Assembly: GCA_002269645.1 (NCBI GenBank)
Contig: NIVC01002415.1
Coordinates: 1-37,987 of the forward strand
Direction: 5' to 3'
Origin: Macrostomum lignano
Taxonomy: Eukaryota
DNA: 37,987 bases
Each line of letters starts with the position of its first letter. Position 1 is the stretch's first letter. The translations under genes were made by a program, and so were the position numbers. Shown one piece after another: positions 33,280-37,987 of the stretch. The notes beneath the pieces were generated by a model. The model was not told the DNA's origin. It saw nothing but the letters and a program-made list of their open reading frames with translations, and did not search any database.

Positions 33280-34630
33280 GGCTTACGTTGGAATCGCTAT
33301 AATATTATCAATAGTAGGCTCACAGTGGAATCGCTTATAGATAGATATAAAAAGTTTTACTTTTAATTTTTTGAATAATGGCCATGACGCATTTAAACAC
33401 TTATATTGTTATTTGCAGTATCGAAATGCATGCCACTTTCAGCGATCCCCACAAAATTATATTGAGAATTGCGAGGCTGTTTAGAGTATAGAGACGGACA
33501 TCAGATCGGTTCCAGCAGTGTTTTACAGTAAAATTACACCGAATGACGAAGACCGAAAAGAAAAAACGAGTAGTCAATGGCAAAGGCGGGCAGTTCGAAA
33601 GAAAAAACATTCGAGCTTCGGGCAATGAGTATAGTCATCAAATGAAAAGAGAGGTAGCTAAATAATTTATACTGAGAGAACTTCAAAAGTAGCTGAGAGC
33701 AGCCGCAGGAGTGTATGTAGCTTAACAAATAAAAGCAGCATGATTCGCGATATAGGAATGACTGCGCAGTAGACAAGAAACTAGAGAGACAAAAGGAGAA
33801 ATTCAGAATTTATAGCAGTTGAACAACAAAGATTTAGAGTGAAGTGAAAAATAGCCATTGATACAACTGCTTTAAGTATAAACTCACAAAGCAGACGGGA
33901 TAGTCGGCACCATTGGAGTCGAGGTCGACAACGCTGCATCTTCTGGGCTACATGTCGCCGAGGGCCTTCTGTTTAAAATGAAGTCATGTATTATTGTCTT
34001 GGTTTAGACTCAAGTTCTCAAGTATAAAGTTTAGATACAACTACACGCGCCATCATTCAACTAAATATTAATAAAATCAGCATGAATTAGGAAATTTTGT
34101 GTCGCCTTACATGTTCTCACTAAGCCGGCGAATCTTTGAAGGTGGCTGCCGATCCATGTCCTCGAAGTCCAGCTGCTCTGCTTCAAAGTCACATGGCCGC
34201 TTCATTTCTTCTCTGGTGCTTTTAAAACTATTTTCTTTGGAGCAGTACTCTCGTAGCTCTTCGATGAAAGCTGAAAGTGAACAGAATTAGAAAAAATGTT
34301 AGTTAAAAATTGCAGTACAGCATTGTTGTTTGGCAGTAAAAGTCGCATAACTTAGCCTATCTTTCCTAAAGAGTTTGAAGAGCCTTTTTGAACCAAAGAG
34401 AAATAGAAGGGAAGTAATAAGATCTTAGGTCTACATAGTTATAAGAACAACTATAAGAGTACACTCTAGAAATGAGATTGTAGGAGAGATTGTAGGAGTA
34501 TAGCTATAATTTGAATAGAAATGAAATGAAGCAGAAAAGTAATAATTAATCGTATATAGATGCAAATATTGAACATGCAAAAAGCAAAATGCAACAACAT
34601 TCGTAAAAAAATTAGTAATAAATAGTAATG

Positions 34631-35432
34631 TGTCACGATTATTGATGTAGCGGCTAGCTATGGCTATGACCCTTAAAAGGGCCGTTTTGACGAGAGTTGC
34701 AGAAGGTCGTAGTTCCAAAATAAATTGAAGTCAACTCTTGCAAAGCGGATCGTGTAGCGGAGCACTTGGCGATAAAGGCAGGAAACTGCCGTAGTTGTTT
34801 TTATTGTTGAGATCAATATTAGAAGTGGTTATTACTGTCAATACACAAACTATAGCTTTCTGGGCACTGGCGGCTGCAGCAATGGTTTTTGAAGATAATT
34901 AGAATATGAAGTCAAGTGGCAGACGAATGATGCGATGGCGACGCAACGTGATGAGCAATGGCGATGAGCACGGTGAAGGCAGTGAGTAGCAGTAGGCAGG
35001 CAGGTGAGAAGTGGCGAGATTGGCGTTAGCCATGGCGGAACACAGTGAAGTAACAGTGTGAACAGGCTGGCCCAGACAGAGGGGCCGTGGCGAGAGATAA
35101 GGAGGCAGGACGAGACAAGAGCCAGAACAAGGCAGGACAGGAAAGTGGAGGCCCCCAGCCCGCCAGGCGAGGGTTAATAAAGGAGCGCAGAGGGGGGCGT
35201 AGCGCGAAGCACGAGCGGTTCTCATTGGCTGGCTAAAGAACTTAAAATTATCGATCGTGCCAGTTTTCTACGGTCGCATGAAAGGATAGCAAAGTACGCA
35301 GTGAATTAGCGATAGGTACAGATTCATTGGGCACTACTACAAGTAAACGTTAAAATAAACGATTGGAGAAATTTTAGAGAAGCTGCAGTCCAACGGCCCT
35401 TTTCGGGACCACTTTAAACTGGCAACGTCACA
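34631..35432 (-). mobile_element. Solo LTR (802 bp), Ty3/gypsy-like
   Basis: TGTCACG...CGTCACA termini (6/7 inverted match) and a 4-bp TSD AATG (34627-34630 and 35433-35436). On the minus strand, CCAAT (~35225) precedes AATAAA (~34800). Orientation is inferred. Confidence 0.7.
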
Positions 35433-36508
35433 AATGTTTAATAATTAGTAATGAGCTTACTGAGTAGTGGACGAGAGAATAAATGGCACCTAATAAATTA
35501 CAACTATAAATAATGGAATACAAATATGAAATCGAAATTAGTCGAAAAGTACAAAGTCACAACATCACAACAAGTAAATAAATGAAAGTTAAGCACACGA
35601 TGAAAGTAATAATTACTTGATTATAAAATTAAGTAATGAATGGACTTAAGTAATGAGTGGTAATAAATATGCATTGTTATGCACAACAACGAGTAGTGGA
35701 CGAGTAAATTGGCACCTAATAAATTACTTAAAACTATAAATGGAATACAAATAGAATTAGTAAACATGCAAAAAAGATGAAGTAAAAAATGAAAATTAAA
35801 AACATTGTCTTTAGACCTATAATGTCATATATTGTCATTCAATCATTTCTTTTGCGAAGTCGCGACCATTGGGATTTCCATCTATTGATATTAATTTGCA
35901 TTGTCATGCTGTCAGCAACTTCGGCCTTGTCCACAAACCGCAAGGACTAATGTGTCGCGACGTACTGATTGTACGCGCTCTTGCTTGGTGGGATCGGGCA
36001 GTTGCTACTCGGACCATTAAGACGCAGCAGCTCATCAACAACTGCACTGATTTTCAAGCCGTTGGCTGTCTGCATGCGTCGCTTTGACTCAGTGCGCTTC
36101 TCTGCTGCTGTTAACACTCTAGGAGTGTTGACTTCATGGTGAACGGACGCATTGGCTCGATAGGCCTCCTGGCTAATGATTTGGTTCATCTCATTGTAAC
36201 CATTGTATGCCTGGGTAACCATTCCTGGGTTGCCTGGGTTCGTCCATTGTCGTAGGGGAATTTATTGTACTGATACTCGGCTGTTTTGCTGACTGCTGAG
36301 TGTTCACTGGTGTCGAGAACAGCGCGTTTGCAGTTTCCACAGACGCCTCCGCGATGGGTGCGAGATTCCTCCTTGAATAAGAAGAATTGTAGTGGCGAGA
36401 GGTAAAGAACAAGTGCAACCAATGTAAAATGCTGTTGCCCACGTCGATAGCATCTTCCTCTTTCCGTTGGCTGTCGTCTTCATAGTTTTGGATGCCGTAC
36501 TGGTCCTC

Positions 36509-36790
36509 CTCAGCTGCCGACTCATCATGATCGTCGTCCAGTCTGGGGCCATGCCTTCTAGGACGAATGCTGTCATCGTCATCATCCTCCTCATGGTCGT
36601 CCTGGTCGTCATCAGCTGCCGACTCATCATGATCGTCGTCCAGTCTGGGGCCATGCTTTCTAGGACGAATGCTGTCATCGTCATCATCCTCCTCATGGTC
36701 GTCCTGGTCGTCATCAGCTGCCGACTCATCATGATCGTCGTCCAGTCTGGGGCCATGCCTTCTAGGACGAATGCTGTCATCGTCATCGTC
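36509..36790. repeat. 102-bp tandem repeat, ~2.8 copies
   Basis: gtctggggcc occurs at 36541, 36643 and 36745. One minus-strand frame reads DDDDSIRPRRHGPRLDDDHDESAADDDQDDHEED. Confidence 0.9.
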
Positions 36791-36970
36791 AAGTTTCGAG
36801 CTCCGGTTGTTGTCAGGCAGCGGTAGTTAGGATGTGGTAGTGCGAATATCTGTCTCCCTCAAAAATATCTTGGGGAATTGGATAGTGTCCATTTGGAGAA
36901 TTCCTTTTTTAACCATCTCTAACAATAAAAATGAAAACTCTGTCTGCGTGTGTCTGTCTGTGGACAAGGG

Positions 36971-37012
36971 TTAGGGTTAGGGTTAGGGTTAGGGTTAGGG
37001 TTAGGGTTAGGG
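36971..37012 (+). repeat. (TTAGGG)7
   Basis: Direct read. Confidence 0.95.
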
Positions 37013-37336
37013 TTTCTTCCATACTTTCTCTCTCCTGATCCTTTTCCACCCTTTCCCTCAGCCACTCCCGACCCCATCTTTTTCTCCTCTGCGCTCCCAT
37101 TCGCTCACTGTACCCCTCGCGCGCTCCCATTGGCAGTAACCTCCTCTCAGTTTTTATATTTATTAAATATACCTGATCCAACTTAGGACTCTTTACTAAC
37201 TAATTGCTCCTGAAGAAGGTTTTAAACCGAAACGCGTCGAGCACCAAATCCCTTTTTAGCTACTGTCTTTTTAGCCTTCCTTATTTTAAGTGCTCAGCGG
37301 CCGACTGGTCTGACGGATCAGTAATCCTTGTCCTAA

Positions 37337-37378
37337 CCCTAACCCTAACCCTAACCCTAACCCTAACCCTAACCCTAA
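37337..37378 (-). repeat. (CCCTAA)7
   Basis: Direct read; inverted relative to 36971-37012. Confidence 0.95.
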
Positions 37379-37395
37379 AATTTACTGACATTTGT

Positions 37396-37987
37396 TTAAT
37401 GAAAAAAATAAAGTAAAATTCTTTTCTCCTTATTAATCATGACAAACTGATAGGGTTGGTTCCACTTTTCATAGCATATGTTAACAAATTCCTCCTGTGA
37501 AATTGTTCTGTCAGAGTTCTTAGCTAGATATGTAATGTGAGCTGGGGCAATGACCTCATTATAAAATCGTTTCAGTCGATCCTGTGGTATGGTTGGGAAA
37601 AGGAGAATCAAATTACAGTTACCTCTAATTGTTTTATTTGGCAGTTCAAACCAGTTTTGGGCAATGTAAATAACATTGCAGTTATTGTGTCTACCCCGGG
37701 TGAAATAATTTTCTATCTGTTTCTGGGGACCGGTCATGCAGTCATTAAAGACAATCAGGTGCTTTCTCCCCTTTTCCAGTTCATCAGGTTGAGGTAAGAG
37801 TTTAGTTTTAGGATCTATCTGTGGATCTCCATAAGTGAAAACTTTAATGTTTTGCCACTTTTCATTGTCTGGGATGTGTTTTGCGTATTCAGTGGCTACA
37901 ACTTCCGGGGTTGCTGTTGAGGCGTCTTTTTGATGTCTAAAACATTGAATAATATCTTCCTTGTTGAGTTTGTTCTGTAGGCCCGCT
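37396..37987 (-). CDS. A32/FtsK-like packaging ATPase of Polinton type (C-terminal part; open past the window end)
   Basis: The frame is open from 37986: ..LPQPDELEKGRKHLIVFNDCMTGPQKQIENYFTRGRHNNCNVIYIAQNWFELPNKTIRGNCN. It shows the Walker B region, RGRH and the sensor Q; Walker A would lie beyond the window. Confidence 0.88.
   Translation of the reverse strand, partial: AGLQNKLNKEDIIQCFRHQKDASTATPEVVATEYAKHIPDNEKWQNIKVFTYGDPQIDPKTKLLPQPDELEKGRKHLIVFNDCMTGPQKQIENYFTRGRHNNCNVIYIAQNWFELPNKTIRGNCNLILLFPTIPQDRLKRFYNEVIAPAHITYLAKNSDRTISQEEFVNICYEKWNQPYQFVMINKEKRILLYFFH

Noticed and set aside
35462-35752. ~60-bp direct repeat 229 bp apart (also a 19-bp repeat at 19923 and 20079)
   Set aside because: Real, but ordinary local duplications in AT-rich DNA with no further structure.

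Overview
Repeat-dense animal genomic DNA with short GT-AG introns and TTAGGG repeats. The one clearly intact host gene is a 4-exon, 190-aa calponin/myophilin-like gene (5121-5952, minus strand), which suggests a flatworm or other lophotrochozoan host (inference). The rest is layered mobile DNA. A decayed Polinton/adintovirus-like element (26402-32065) carries a parvovirus-type PLA2, a DDE integrase, an adenovirus pX-like protein and a protein-primed PolB with an embedded endonuclease VII motif; an A32/FtsK-like packaging ATPase runs off the right edge. Also present: a 3'-truncated piggyBac, an RNase H LINE fragment, a foldback element with an 8-bp TSD splitting a THAP remnant, two ~97% identical tRNA-derived SINEs, a solo LTR, and several minisatellites. 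The most unusual items are (i) a KMT5A/PR-Set7-like SET domain missing from the ORF track, downstream of a double-C2H2 exon and a Gly/Ala exon, with a second double-C2H2 paralog 7 kb away, and (ii) a 31-bp pure-palindrome insertion with an 8-bp TSD inside the viral integrase. All alignments and motif calls were made by eye; no database search was run.
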